Shown here in pieces: positions 11,396 to 22,600 of a stretch of DNA of 47,084 nucleotides; positions within the stretch are counted from its first letter, which is position 1; each line of letters begins with the position of its first letter. The translations under genes were made by a program, and so were the position numbers. Origin of the DNA: Octopus bimaculoides (Eukaryota); the NCBI RefSeq assembly GCF_001194135.2, contig NC_068990.1:85631620-85678703 (forward strand), written 5' to 3'. The notes below the pieces were generated by a model. That model worked only from the letters and a program-made list of their open reading frames with translations. It was not told where the DNA came from and did not search any database.

Positions 11396-12242
11396 TATAT
11401 ATATATNNNNNNNNNNNNNNNNNNNNNNNNNNNNNNNNNNNNNNNNNNNNNNNNNNNNNNNNNNNNNNNNNNNNNNNNNNNNNNNNNNNNNNNNNNNNNN
11501 NNNNNNNNNNNNNNNNNNNNNNNNNNNNNNNNNNNNNNNNNNNNNNNNNNNNNNNNNNNNNNNNNNNNNNNNNNNNNNNNNNNNNNNNNNNNNNNNNNNN
11601 NNNNNNNNNNNNNNNNNNNNNNNNNNNNNNNNNNNNNNNNNNNNNNNNNNNNNNNNNNNNNNNNNNNNNNNNNNNNNNNNNNNNNNNNNNNNNNNNNNNN
11701 NNNNNNNNNNNNNNNNNNNNNNNNNNNNNNNNNNNNNNNNNNNNNNNNNNNNNNNNNNNNNNNNNNNNNNNNNNNNNNNNNNNNNNNNNNNNNNNNNNNN
11801 NNNNNNNNNNNNNNNNNNNNNNNNNNNNNNNNNNNNNNNNNNNNNNNNNNNNNNNNNNNNNNNNNNNNNNNNNNNNNNNNNNNNNNNNNNNNNNNNNNNN
11901 NNNNNNNNNNNNNNNNNNNNNNNNNNNNNNNNNNNNNNNNNNNNNNNNNNNNNNNNNNNNNNNNNNNNNNNNNNNNNNNNNNNNNNNNNNNNNNNNNNNN
12001 NNNNNNNNNNNNNNNNNNNNNNNNNNNNNNNNNNNNNNNNNNNNNNNNNNNNNNNNNNNNNNNNNNNNNNNNNNNNNNNNNNNNNNNNNNNNNNNNNNNN
12101 NNNNNNNNNNNNNNNNNNNNNNNNNNNNNNNNNNNNNNNNNNNNNNNNNNNNNNNNNNNNNNNNNNNNNNNNNNNNNNNNNNNNNNNNNNNNNNNNNNNN
12201 NNNNNNNNNNNNNNNNNNNNNNNNNNNNNNNNNNNNNNNNNN

Positions 12243-12293
<51 letters not shown>

Positions 12294-13239
12294 CACACAC
12301 CATACCTGCATACAAATACCACTAACAAACATACCCATGGATACAATAAATAAACATGTATGTATAGATATACATGCACACATACACAAATACATATACA
12401 TACACTTGTGTAAACACTTGAGTAAATGAGATGACAGAGATGCTGAATATTTTAATAGTCTCCTTCCCGTAGAGTGTTAAAATATGTTTATGACAGCAGA
12501 AGCTGACTCTGAGTTTCATGTCCCCATTCTTTGTACAAAACGTGAGGAACGAAACAGAAAACAATTGATAGAAATATTCAGGTAACAAAGACAAAAAGAA
12601 AATCACATTAAGTAATAAAATAAATGAATAAAATAAAGTATGGTATAATTGATTCATATTAACTGCAGATATGTTATGTTAAAGCCATTCATAAAACATG
12701 ATTTATTCTGAGATACTTCAAAGGTATTGCAATATTACAGAAAAAAATAACGTAATGAGGTGAGAAATTGAATGTTGTATATGTTTGTCTGTAAGCGTAT
12801 GTTATCGGATGGATGGCACATTTGATAATCTGTGATTGTTTTGAAAAATTCTGTAATGTTAAACATGTAGTTGTTTATCTGGATAAAAAATCAATACCAT
12901 ATTTATTCTTGTATCATATGTAATTTTCTTTCAAAGAAAGTATTATCGCATGGTTTCAACAATGTTAACTTTACAACAGGTGTGATTTCACAACATACAC
13001 TGGTAAAGTCCATAATTGAATTTGTTTAGCTTTGCTTGGAATTTATGAATATTTTCAATGCATTTTACATAGCAATTATAATAAATTTGACTAAGCTTTC
13101 CTTCTTTTTTTTTCATGGTAATACAAAAGAAAAGTAAACGCTTATTATACACAAAGTTTATTTTTCTAGTATTTCATCGATCATAATTACAAATGCCCAT
13201 TATGTCCATCAATCCATTTTCACCTCCCACTGTTCCTGG

Positions 13240-13830
13240 TAAAGTCATGGGAGTAAAGTTCTTAGACAACTTCTCCATAGGGTCCTGTCATAAGTAACTA
13301 TGATTAAACTTCCTTGTTGGATTTCCTAGAGTGTCCAACTGAGACTATGAATTTTATCCAACCATTTCACTTGTGGTCTACCCCAAGGTCTCCTGTTGGT
13401 TGGCCCAGCTTGAAAAATCTATCCTGCAATCTTTCCTGCAGCATTCTAACCACATGTCTGTAGTACTAGAACTGTGACCTTTCAGAACAGAGAAGTAACA
13501 GTTTGATCTGAAAATACTCCCTGATCTCCAAGTTATGCACCCTGTCGAATAATGTTCCTCTAAAAATCTTTCGGCAGAACCCCATTTTGCCTGCTAATAT
13601 TCATGATCACACCCTTTCAATTATTACCTGATGTTCATGACCATCGGTAAGAACAGACATGGAAACCAAACTGAAGATAACAGGTCTGACTTCTTTACCA
13701 ACCACTCTCTTTTTGAGAAATGAATGCTGTATCTGGACCATTTCTGTACCAGCACCCATAATTCTAACACCCATTTCAGCCTCATGCTTTCCCTCACTGT
13801 AATTATATGAATAGCTATTAAATCTACATG
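13240..13830 (-). mobile_element. Decayed RTE-like LINE, 3' end of the RT ORF
   Basis: Frameshifted translation gives GTLFDRVHNLEIREYFQIKLLLL-CSERSQF*YYRHVVRM and GRPQVKWLDKI...DRTLWRSCL. This matches the RTE C-terminal pattern ERSQLRWYGHVxRM...GRPxxxWxD. Confidence 0.75.
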
Positions 13831-14394
13831 CAGTCTGTATATAGAGGGTTGTGGTAGCCTTTCACTATTGCTAAAGTTAAATTAATGGAACTGACATTGA
13901 ATATGTACAGTACAGTAGCAAAGTTGTGAAAGCAAAAAATTCAAGTATTAAAAAATTTTTTTTTTTTTGCTTTTTCATAAAAGTAATCCGTTCCGCCTTC
14001 CATTGCACAATATTTCTATGTGATTGGGTGAGTGTATGCGTATATAATTATATGTATGCATATAAATGTATTGTTTTTCTTTGGTTTATGTGTATTTAAC
14101 AGGCTGAGGTGACATCAAATGGAATTTAGAACAACAGATGTTGCCTTGATTTTAAAAAATGAACAACATCAACAACAACAATAAAAACAAAATAATCAAG
14201 AAAAAAAAACTATTTAACAAATGACAATGTTTGTCTTTTGTTTGTTTGATTGTTATTGTATAGCCTATTATGGTCTATAGACAAACAAGGGTGTATAGTT
14301 TTCCAGATGCCTGTGTCAAGGTAGAAGCAGGGTATGGAATACACAGCTGAAGGATTAACCTCTTACTGTAAATCACCACCACCTCCACATTATT

Positions 14395-14567
14395 TGACTG
14401 CGGCCATGCTGGAGCACCGCCTTTAGTCGAACAAATCGACCCCAGGACTTATTCTTTGGAAGCTTAGTACTTATTCTATCAGTCTTTTGCTGAACTGCTA
14501 CGTTACGGGGGTGTAAACACACCATCATCGGTTGTCAAGCGATGGTGGAGGGACAAACACAAACACA

Positions 14568-14628
<61 letters not shown>

Positions 14629-14787
14629 GCATCAAACTTCTTTCAGTTTCTGTCTACCAATTCCACTCACAAGGCTTTGGTGGGCCTGAGGCTATAGTAG
14701 AAGACACTTGCCTAAGGTGCTACACAGTGGGACTGAACCCAGAACCATGTGGTTGGGAAGCAAGCTACTTACCACACAGCCACTCCT
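14395..14787 (-). mobile_element. SINE family B, full length, with internal (CA)n/(TA)n
   Basis: Reverse complement is colinear with 8640-9000. Confidence 0.85.
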
Positions 14788-14935
14788 TGCATATTTTTAG
14801 AACATATTAAATCTATATTCAGAAGAAATGATAATTGCTTAATTTTCCAGATAACACCTGTGTTACTTTTTTTCGCTGTTGCTGTTTTTTTTTTCTTTCT
14901 TTTCTTTCTGGAGTTTATAATAAAACTTGACTTAC

Positions 14936-15028
14936 CTGAATTTTCCAAATCATGATTTTGATGTTCATCAAAGTCATAGGGGTTGCGATCACCGAGTAAC
15001 TGGGGGTAAGAGTGTAACTCACTGTCAG
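14936..15028 (-). CDS. Probable fifth coding exon (93 nt): (A)DSELHSYPQLLGDRNPYDFDEHQNHDLENS
   Basis: Near-consensus acceptor TTTTCTTTCTCACTTCACAG| and donor CAG|GTAAGT. Phase 1/1, open frame, non-repetitive sequence. Confidence 0.65.
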
Positions 15029-15111
15029 CTGTGAAGTGAGAAAGAAAACAGATATAAAAAGCTACACTTTGATGTTCTAACGAAGATTTATTATAAATGG
15101 TTCATCTAAAG

Positions 15112-15430
15112 CAGTGGTCCTCAACTGGGGTCTATATAAGATTTTTCGGGGGTTCCATGCAACAAAATAGCAAATAGAGTTCCACAATAGTATTTTAAAG
15201 ACCCTAAAAAAATTTTGATTTACATGTATGTGTTGCAAAAAATGGCTGGGTTTCATTTTCTAACATTTTACATTGTTCAACCTAAACAAGTGAATGTGCG
15301 AAAAACAAAATAGGGATTTTGGAAGAAGTTTTTACAAAACTAGTTTTAAACATCATATGGCTATGGGGTCCACCTGAGTAAAATAGTAATTAAAGGGGTC
15401 CATAGATAAAGAAATGGTTGAGAACCCGTG
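15112..15430. mobile_element. hAT-superfamily MITE (319 bp)
   Basis: Imperfect 14-bp TIRs CAGTGGTCCTCAAC / GTTGAGAACCCGTG. Exact 8-bp TSD ATCTAAAG at 15104-15111 and 15431-15438. Confidence 0.9.
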
Positions 15431-15495
15431 ATCTAAAGGAACTTTCCTTTATTTTTATCATTTTATTTTATTATTACTCAAGTTCCTGAAATTTG

Positions 15496-15541
<46 letters not shown>

Positions 15542-15699
15542 TATATAAGGGCATTACTATACAATAATGCCTCACGCCATGAGGGACTCTAAGGTCAGAC
15601 TACCATAAAAAACACATTTTTACTGAACGCGAGGAAATGCAACTCTCAAAGCCAACCCCTTACACACACTCACATCATCATCATTATCATCATCATCAA

Positions 15700-15900
15700 C
15701 ATTTAACGTCCATGTTCCATGCTGGCATGGGTTGGATGACTTGACAGGAACTGGCAAGTATAGGGGCCACACAAGGTTCTGGCATCTGTTTTGGCTTGGT
15801 TCCTATGGCTAGATGCCCTTCCTAATGCCAACCACTCCACAGAGTGTACTGGGTACTTTTTACATGGTACCATCACCCACACCAATGCTTTTTACTTGGC
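15700..15900 (-). mobile_element. Dispersed repeat family E
   Basis: GATGCCCTTCCTAATGCCAACCACT motif; preceded on + by a (CAT)n tail. Confidence 0.7.
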
Positions 15901-15913
15901 ACTTTGGTTTTAG

Positions 15914-15956
<43 letters not shown>

Positions 15957-15957
<1 letters not shown>

Positions 15958-16255
15958 GAGGTTTGATCAATAAGTATACATACTGTTGCCATAGTAACAG
16001 AGCTAAAGCACACAAAGTGAAGCTGCTTGGTAAAAATTGACCTTGAACTTTGATGAGCATGTGCACTAAGTTTTAATGTTCTAACTCACTTCTGCTGTTT
16101 ACAGCAGTGCTTGGAAGGAAGATGTGTAGTGTGTGATTGTCACATTGACCATGACAGAGAAAGTTGTCATGGTGATACCTGCTCAGAGGCCTGCACAAAG
16201 TTGCAGAAAGTGTATGGAGATGAGTGCATGAGCCGCACGCAAGTATTCATTCGGC
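15957..16255 (+). mobile_element. Mariner 5' remnant (TIR plus internally deleted transposase N-terminus)
   Basis: Starts CGAGGTTTGATCAATAAGTAT (mariner-type TACGAGG.. TIR). Encodes MTEKV..//GDTCSEACTKLQKVYGDECMSRTQVF, matching the mariner HTH pattern ..L..VYGD..LSR..V..W. Confidence 0.75.
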
Positions 16256-16519
16256 TGCACTTCTCTGAACAGTTTCCAGGAGGTCCTGAGCAAGATAGGG
16301 ATTCCAGACTGGTAATGCAAATTCCAACTGTGGCCCCACCATATCCAAATCCATATACAGCTATAAATAGATAGCTGCATGAGAAGTCAGAAAATAATGT
16401 CATGCACCAATGTTACTGGTAGCTTATATTGTCATGATACGGAGATAATCTGCAGATTAATGATTCTGTAGACTTAAGACAGACCTCCATACCATATATG
16501 TGTAGCAACAACAACAATA

Positions 16520-17255
16520 ATGACAACGATGATGATGATGATGTTAGTAAAAATAATAATAACTAAAACAGCATTTTTTTTTTTTCCTTAATTCTTTCTT
16601 AATGAGATATATACCTCTTTGGAATGTATTAGTAATTAGAGAAAGCTTTTAAGATTGAACATGGTTTTAGATATTTGGGATTAAACCGAAGTTGTCTTAT
16701 CATCATCATCGTCAGCAGCATCATTGTCATCAGCATAGTTCTGATACTTTAATCTTCATCAACATCACTATTTTCGTAGCAGTCACTATCTTCATTATCA
16801 TTGCTATTATAATATATAACTAGTATCATCGTCATCATCGTCATCATTTCTATTTTAACTAGTCTCATCATCATCATCATCATCATCACCACCATCACTA
16901 CCATCATCATCGTCATCTTTTCTATCTTAACTAGTTTTATTATCATCATTATCGTTGCCTTTATTACATTCATAGTCATTATCATTCTATTATAAAAGTC
17001 TTTCCTCCTCCTCTTCCTCTTCCTCCTCCTCCTCCTCCTCCTCCCTTCATTATCATTATCATTGCTTTTGCAATAGTCATGTTCATTATCATTTCTATTA
17101 AATCTTTTGCCGTCATCATCATTATCACTGAATTTATAAATTGCTATCATCATGATCATCATCATTATCATCGTCGCTGTCATCATCATCATCATCATCA
17201 TCGTCGTCATCGTCATCATCGTCATCACTGTCATCATCATCATCACTGCTATTAT
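16520..17255. repeat. Degenerate (CAT/GAT)n low-complexity region
   Basis: Directly visible; source of the poly-M and poly-H ORFs. Confidence 0.9.
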
Positions 17256-17266
17256 AAATCATCATT

Positions 17267-17478
17267 AGGGTGGCATATTGGCGTAGTCGTTAGTGTGCCG
17301 GACAAACTGCTTAACGTTCTGCTGGCTTTACGTTCTGAGTTCAAATTCCACTGAGGTCAACTTTGCCTTTCATCCTTTTGGGGGTCGATAAATCAAGTAT
17401 CAGTTACACACTGAGGTCGATGTGATCAACTAGTTCCCCTCCTCCAAATTTCAGTCTTTGTGCCTATTGTAGAAAGGA
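17267..17478 (+). mobile_element. SINE family A
   Basis: Core TTCTGAGTTCAAATTCC..GAGGTCAACTTTGCCTTTCATCC. Confidence 0.8.
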
Positions 17479-17485
17479 CTATAGG

Positions 17486-17517
<32 letters not shown>

Positions 17518-17634
17518 GTTACTATTATGATTATCATCATCATCATCATAATCATTATATGCTTCCTCAGATATTTCACGTCATTTTTTTTCTTCCCTTT
17601 TTTTTTTACTTGTTAGATCTGTAAAAGGGGGGCA

Positions 17635-18050
17635 GCACCTAAGGTCCTTGCAAGTTCTCTAAGTTTGATGTCATTAACATTCTGCCTACGCAGCTGCTGC
17701 GAGCAGATGCCTGCGGGAAAGACATGCACTGGGAGGAGACACCAGGGAGATGACGTTCTGGAAAGGAAAGTCTGAGCATATGGTCAGTGCGAAGTCTGAT
17801 GGGGTTTTGGTCACAACAAGAGTGATGGGAGGACGGGGAAATGAGCGAGTGTGAAGGGACTGAATGGAGGTGGCACGAGACAGGTCAGTTCTCAGAAGCA
17901 GAGGCTGTTTTAGTAATGGTGCAAAAGGTAGAAAGAGGGGACAGCATATATGGGGGGGGGGGGTATTTGTGAGTGATTTTATGCCACTCAATCAAGTGGC
18001 CCTTCTTTGGATGGAGTCTTGGATGTCTGTGTGTAGAAATATTGCTGACC
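17635..18050 (-). mobile_element. Decayed CR1/L2-like LINE 3' end
   Basis: Frameshifted translation HY*NSLCF*ELTCLVPPPF...(Y)AQTFLSRTSSPWCLLPVHVFP matches the ORF2 C-terminal pattern xFFxRTxxLWNxLPxxVFP. Confidence 0.65.
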
Positions 18051-18068
18051 CTTATGTGGAAGCAGATG

Positions 18069-18121
18069 AAATGCTGCTAAGCATTTTGACTCGTGTGTTA
18101 ACGATTCTGCCAGCTCACTGC
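18069..18121 (-). mobile_element. SINE family A head fragment
   Basis: Reverse complement GCAGTGAGCTGGCAGAATCGTTAAC...AAATGCTTAGCAGCATTTC. Confidence 0.65.
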
Positions 18122-18123
18122 AT

Positions 18124-18124
18124 A

Positions 18125-18164
<40 letters not shown>

Positions 18165-18224
18165 TGATAATAATAATAATGATATGATAACAATAATAAT
18201 AATAATAATAATAATAAGGATATG

Positions 18225-18272
<48 letters not shown>

Positions 18273-18332
18273 TGATGATAATAATAATAATAATATGATG
18301 ATAATAATAATAATGATAATGATAATAATAAT
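18124..18332. repeat. (AAT)n/(GAT) microsatellite
   Basis: Directly visible. Confidence 0.95.
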
Positions 18333-18475
18333 CATCGTTTAACGTCTGCCTTCCATGCTAGTATGGGTTGGACGATTTGACTGAGGACTGGTGAAACTGG
18401 ATGGCTACACCAGGCTCCAATCTGGTTTGGCAGAGTTTCTACAGCTGGATGCCCTTCCTAATGCCAACCACTCCA
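18333..18475 (-). mobile_element. Dispersed repeat family E
   Basis: Reverse complement of 11230-11375. Confidence 0.75.
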
Positions 18476-19029
18476 ATAATAATAATAGTTAATTCTTTTA
18501 TTGGCCACAAGGGCTGATATAAACCAAAACACTAAAGGACAACACAAGATTATATACAAAGGGTTTTGCATAAAAAAAAACATTTGTGTAAACATTTGAT
18601 AACAATAAAAACAATGTAACAAAAAGAAGAAGAACAACAATAACAACAACAACAGTAATAACAATAACAGCAGTAATAATAAAAATGAATAATAATAATA
18701 ATAGTAATAATGATAATAATTCTTATCACCGTTGCGATTACCGTCATCACAAATCTATTGTAAGTTCCATGATTTCAATATCTGTTTTTATGATTTTATC
18801 ATTGTCATACCATTGTCATCATCATCATCATCATCATCATCTTTATTGGTAACAACTATTTTGTCATGTCCATATAGATTGAAACAGGACTACCTAATTC
18901 CCACTACCACCACCAACCTACCCATTTCCCCCAGTTTTAGAAACCAGTTTTATCTTCCATTTTGTCCACAAATTCATTATTTTGTTACCCTTTCACTCCA
19001 ATAAACCAGTCTTTTCTCTTCCACTGCTC

Positions 19030-19222
19030 TCCATCTCTCCACCCTCTCTCTTCCTCTCTTCTTCTCTCTTCCTCTCTTCTTCTCTCTTCCTCTCTTCTTT
19101 TCTCTTCTTCTCTCTTTCTCTCTCTCCCCCTCTCTTCCTCTCTCTTCCCCTCTCTTCCTTTCTCCCCTCTCTCACCACTCTCTCCCCCTCTTTTCATCTC
19201 CCTCCCCCCTTTCTTCCTCTCT
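19030..19222. repeat. Polypyrimidine/polypurine tract (CTCTTCTT variants)
   Basis: Directly visible. Confidence 0.9.
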
Positions 19223-19699
19223 CCCAGACACACTCAATCTCTTCCAACACATTTAGTCATAAGAAAACCACTGAAAAACATAATTTTTGATTAGAATTAT
19301 TCAAAAATGGATTCTCAGAAGTAATCTTACCTGTTGTCCAATTAATAGGTGTTGAATATAGAATAGATGTTATAGAAATAGAATATTAATAAAGAAATTT
19401 ATACTTAATTAATTGCAAATATTTGCATATTTATTCTTAATTCTACTCGTTACAAATAATGATTTTATATATTTAATTAATTGTTTATTCAGAAATATAT
19501 TACTGTAAGTCAGGCAAACACTCTGTAGCTCATACAGTCAAAATGGTAAGTGTGGTACTCAGTGGAATGGTGAGGAAGATGATCTGAGAAAACCATTCCA
19601 ATTCAGTGGGCTCGTCTCAAAAGATGCCAGTTTCCATCCCAGTCAAACTGTGAAGATCGCCATGATAGATCGCTAGCCACTACACATTCTTTATTTTTT

Positions 19700-19935
19700 C
19701 TCCTTGTCTTGTCGTTGCATGGTAGTTGTAAACAAGCGTCACTGACATACAAGCAGTGTCGTTTATTTCCACACATCTGACCATAAAAATACGTCTGAAC
19801 AAGGGGGTGGAGGAATATTACCTCACTTGGTGACAGAAAGGCATCTGGCTATAGAAAAATCTGTCTCAATGAATTCTGTCCAATCCATGGGAACAGGGAA
19901 AGGTGGAAATTAAAATGATGATGATGATGATGACA
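19700..19935 (+). mobile_element. Family E-related repeat with a (GAT)n tail
   Basis: GGTGACAGAAAGGCATCTGGCTATAGAAAAATCTG...AATCCATGGGAACAGGGAAAGGTGGAAATTAAAA(TGA)n. Confidence 0.5.
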
Positions 19936-20303
19936 ATGATGAAACGAAACAGGAAACTCACCAAACGTTGACAAAGAAAAAAGAAGAAAAAAGAAGAAAA
20001 AAAGAATGAGTTAACTGTGAAAGGTTTGTGTAAAAATATCCAGTGTCCCACCACATATTTGGATTGCAGAAAATATGAAGCAGCCAAACAAGCGGACAAA
20101 TAGGTTTGCCTTTGATGTGGTGCTAAAATAGGCCAAGTTGTTTTATGTTTCAACAACAGGCTGGTCGGTATGATCACAATCGAAATTTGAAGACAATGAG
20201 TAATTAACATCTTTTGTTAATTAGAGGAATATAATAGAAAGGTTTTCTTCGTTAGTGGAATAATAGTAGAACAAAACTTCTGGTCACAGTGCTTTGCTGT
20301 ATT

Positions 20304-20308
20304 TCTTT

Positions 20309-20343
<35 letters not shown>

Positions 20344-20405
20344 CTCTCTGTTTGTTGTTTCATTCTTTCTTTCTCATTCTCTCTTTCTTTCTCTCTTTCT
20401 TGCTT

Positions 20406-20442
<37 letters not shown>

Positions 20443-20465
20443 GTTTGCTTTTTTCTTTCTTTCTC

Positions 20466-20508
<43 letters not shown>

Positions 20509-20655
20509 CTCTCTCTCTCTCTGTGTTTGTTGTTTCATTCTTTCTTTCTCATTATCTCTTTCTTTCTTTCTTTCTTTCTTGCTTTCGCTCTCTCTCTCTC
20601 TCTCTGTTTGTTTGCTTCTTTCTTTCTTTCTTTCTTTCTTTCTCTCTTCCTTCTT
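20304..20655. repeat. Compound (TTTC)n/(CT)n/(GTTT) repeat
   Basis: Directly visible. Confidence 0.95.
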
Positions 20656-20747
20656 TCGATAGGAAGGGTGTCTGAAGGGCAGAGCAAGGAGAATATTAAC
20701 GGCTGACTTTGCAGCAATCTAGTTCAAACTGGTTTCTGTTGGGTTAA

Positions 20748-20865
20748 CAAGAGACCGATAGAATAAGTACTAGGCTTACAAAGAATAAGCCCTGGGGTCG
20801 ATTTGCTCGACTTAAGGCGGTGCTCCAGCATGGCCACAGTGAAATGACTGAAACAAGGTAAAGAA
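20748..20865 (+). mobile_element. SINE family B 3' fragment
   Basis: AAGAGACCGATAGAATAAGTACTAGGCTTACAAAGAATAAG... Confidence 0.8.
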
Positions 20866-20874
20866 TCATCATCA

Positions 20875-21135
20875 GCATTTAATATCTGTTTTCCATGCTG
20901 GCACGGGATGGCTTGGGAGGAACTGGCAAGGCCAGGAGCCACACCAGGGTTCCATTTTCCATGCTGGCATGGGTCGGATGGTTTGACAGGGAGCTATCCA
21001 GACTCCAACTGTCTGATTTGGCTTGGTTTCTATGGCTGGATGCTCTTCCTAATGCCAATCATTTGACAGAGTGTACTTGGTGCTTTTTACATGATACCGT
21101 CACCAGTGCTTTTTATGTGGCACCAGCACACATGG
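20875..21135 (-). mobile_element. Family E repeat with an internal partial duplication
   Basis: TTTTCCATGCTGGCA occurs twice (about 20889 and 20955), followed by the GGATGCTCTTCCTAATGCCAA motif. Confidence 0.65.
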
Positions 21136-21261
21136 CACGAGCATGAAAAATTAGCATCAGCTGGATTTGAACTCAAAACTATAAAAAGTGAGAATTAGAA
21201 ACCTGCAAGGCATTTTGTTACAATCTCTAAGAATTCTGCCAATCCACTATGCTACACACAC

Positions 21262-21484
21262 AAATATTTTTTTCTACTCTAGGAACAAGGCCTGAAATCT
21301 TTTGGGGAGGGGGGGCAGTTGATTAGATCAACTCCAGTACACAACTGGTATTTAATTTATTGACCTCGGAAAGATGAAAGGCAAAGTCGACCTCGGCAGA
21401 ATTTGAACTCAGAACGCAAAGACGGATGAAATGCTGATAAGTATTTTACCCGGCGTGCTAACCTTCCTGCCAGCTCTTCGCCTT
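21262..21484 (-). mobile_element. SINE family A, full length
   Basis: Reverse complement of 23186-23402. Confidence 0.85.
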
Positions 21485-21727
21485 AAAAGCCATTAATATA
21501 AAAAAAACAGGAAGTTACATGCACACACACATATATCGATACATACATATAAATATGTCTGTGTACATGAACAAATATTTGTTTATGTACATGGACATAC
21601 ATGCACGCTAGTATATACTTGTGTGTGTGTGTGTGTGTGTGTGTATCCATATGTACGTAGAAATATGTAAAGGATGTGGGAAAATATGATAAGGTGTGGC
21701 TGGGTGCCAGGAGAAATGAAAGGGAAA

Positions 21728-21728
21728 C

Positions 21729-21794
<66 letters not shown>

Positions 21795-21812
21795 GCAACA
21801 ACAACAACAACA
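21728..21812. repeat. (AAT)n then (AAC)n microsatellite
   Basis: Directly visible. Confidence 0.95.
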
Positions 21813-22307
21813 ACTAAAATAAGGGTGAGGCAAGAAATGGATTATAGAGAGAAGAAAAGGTCATAGAGGTCAACCAGTGAAAAGCATTCAATACATTCAC
21901 AAGCACAAACAGGGGGCTTTGTGATAAAAGAAATAAGGGACATTTCAGTAGATGGGTTGGAAGACATTTCAGTAAGTTGTTATGGTGACAGATCAGGCTT
22001 GGTTAATCAGAGCTATGATCAAATGATCAAAGGTACTCCAGCCATGACCATCCTGTTTTAATTTCAGGCATTGTGTACCTGTCTGTTCCGAAGATGGTAT
22101 GGTTTGATTTGAGGGAGATTGAGTGACTACATGCAGGCTCTTTCAATATCTTGACTCCCTTAAATGTATGAGGAACGTGTGTGTGTGTGCGTGCGTGTGT
22201 GCGGTGTGTGTGTGTGTGTGTGCACGCGCGTGCGTCTTACGTTCGTGTGTGTGTGTGTGTGTTTGTATGTGTGTGTGTTCAACTCCTTTAGTACATACTT
22301 TTATTCT

Positions 22308-22520
22308 TTTAGTTGTTTCGGTCATTTGACTGTGGCCATGCTGGAGCAGCACCTTAAACGGTTTTAATCGAAAAAATCGACTCCAAGACTTATTATTTGT
22401 AAGCTTAGAACCTATTCTATCAATTGATTTTGCTGAACTGCAAAGTTACGGGAACGTAAACACACCACCATCGGTTGTCAAATGCTGGTGTGGGGGACAT
22501 ACACAGACACAAACACAAAT
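22308..22520 (-). mobile_element. SINE family B 3' half
   Basis: Reverse complement of 3190-3386. Confidence 0.8.
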
Positions 22521-22548
22521 ACACACGCACACACAGACATTCATATAT

Positions 22549-22600
<52 letters not shown>

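Noticed and set aside
19570-19610. Minus-strand LEWFS resembling the SHD2 motif SLEWFY
   Set aside because: In-frame TGA just upstream, no phase-compatible acceptor, and the following residues do not resemble RFKRFGSAKV.
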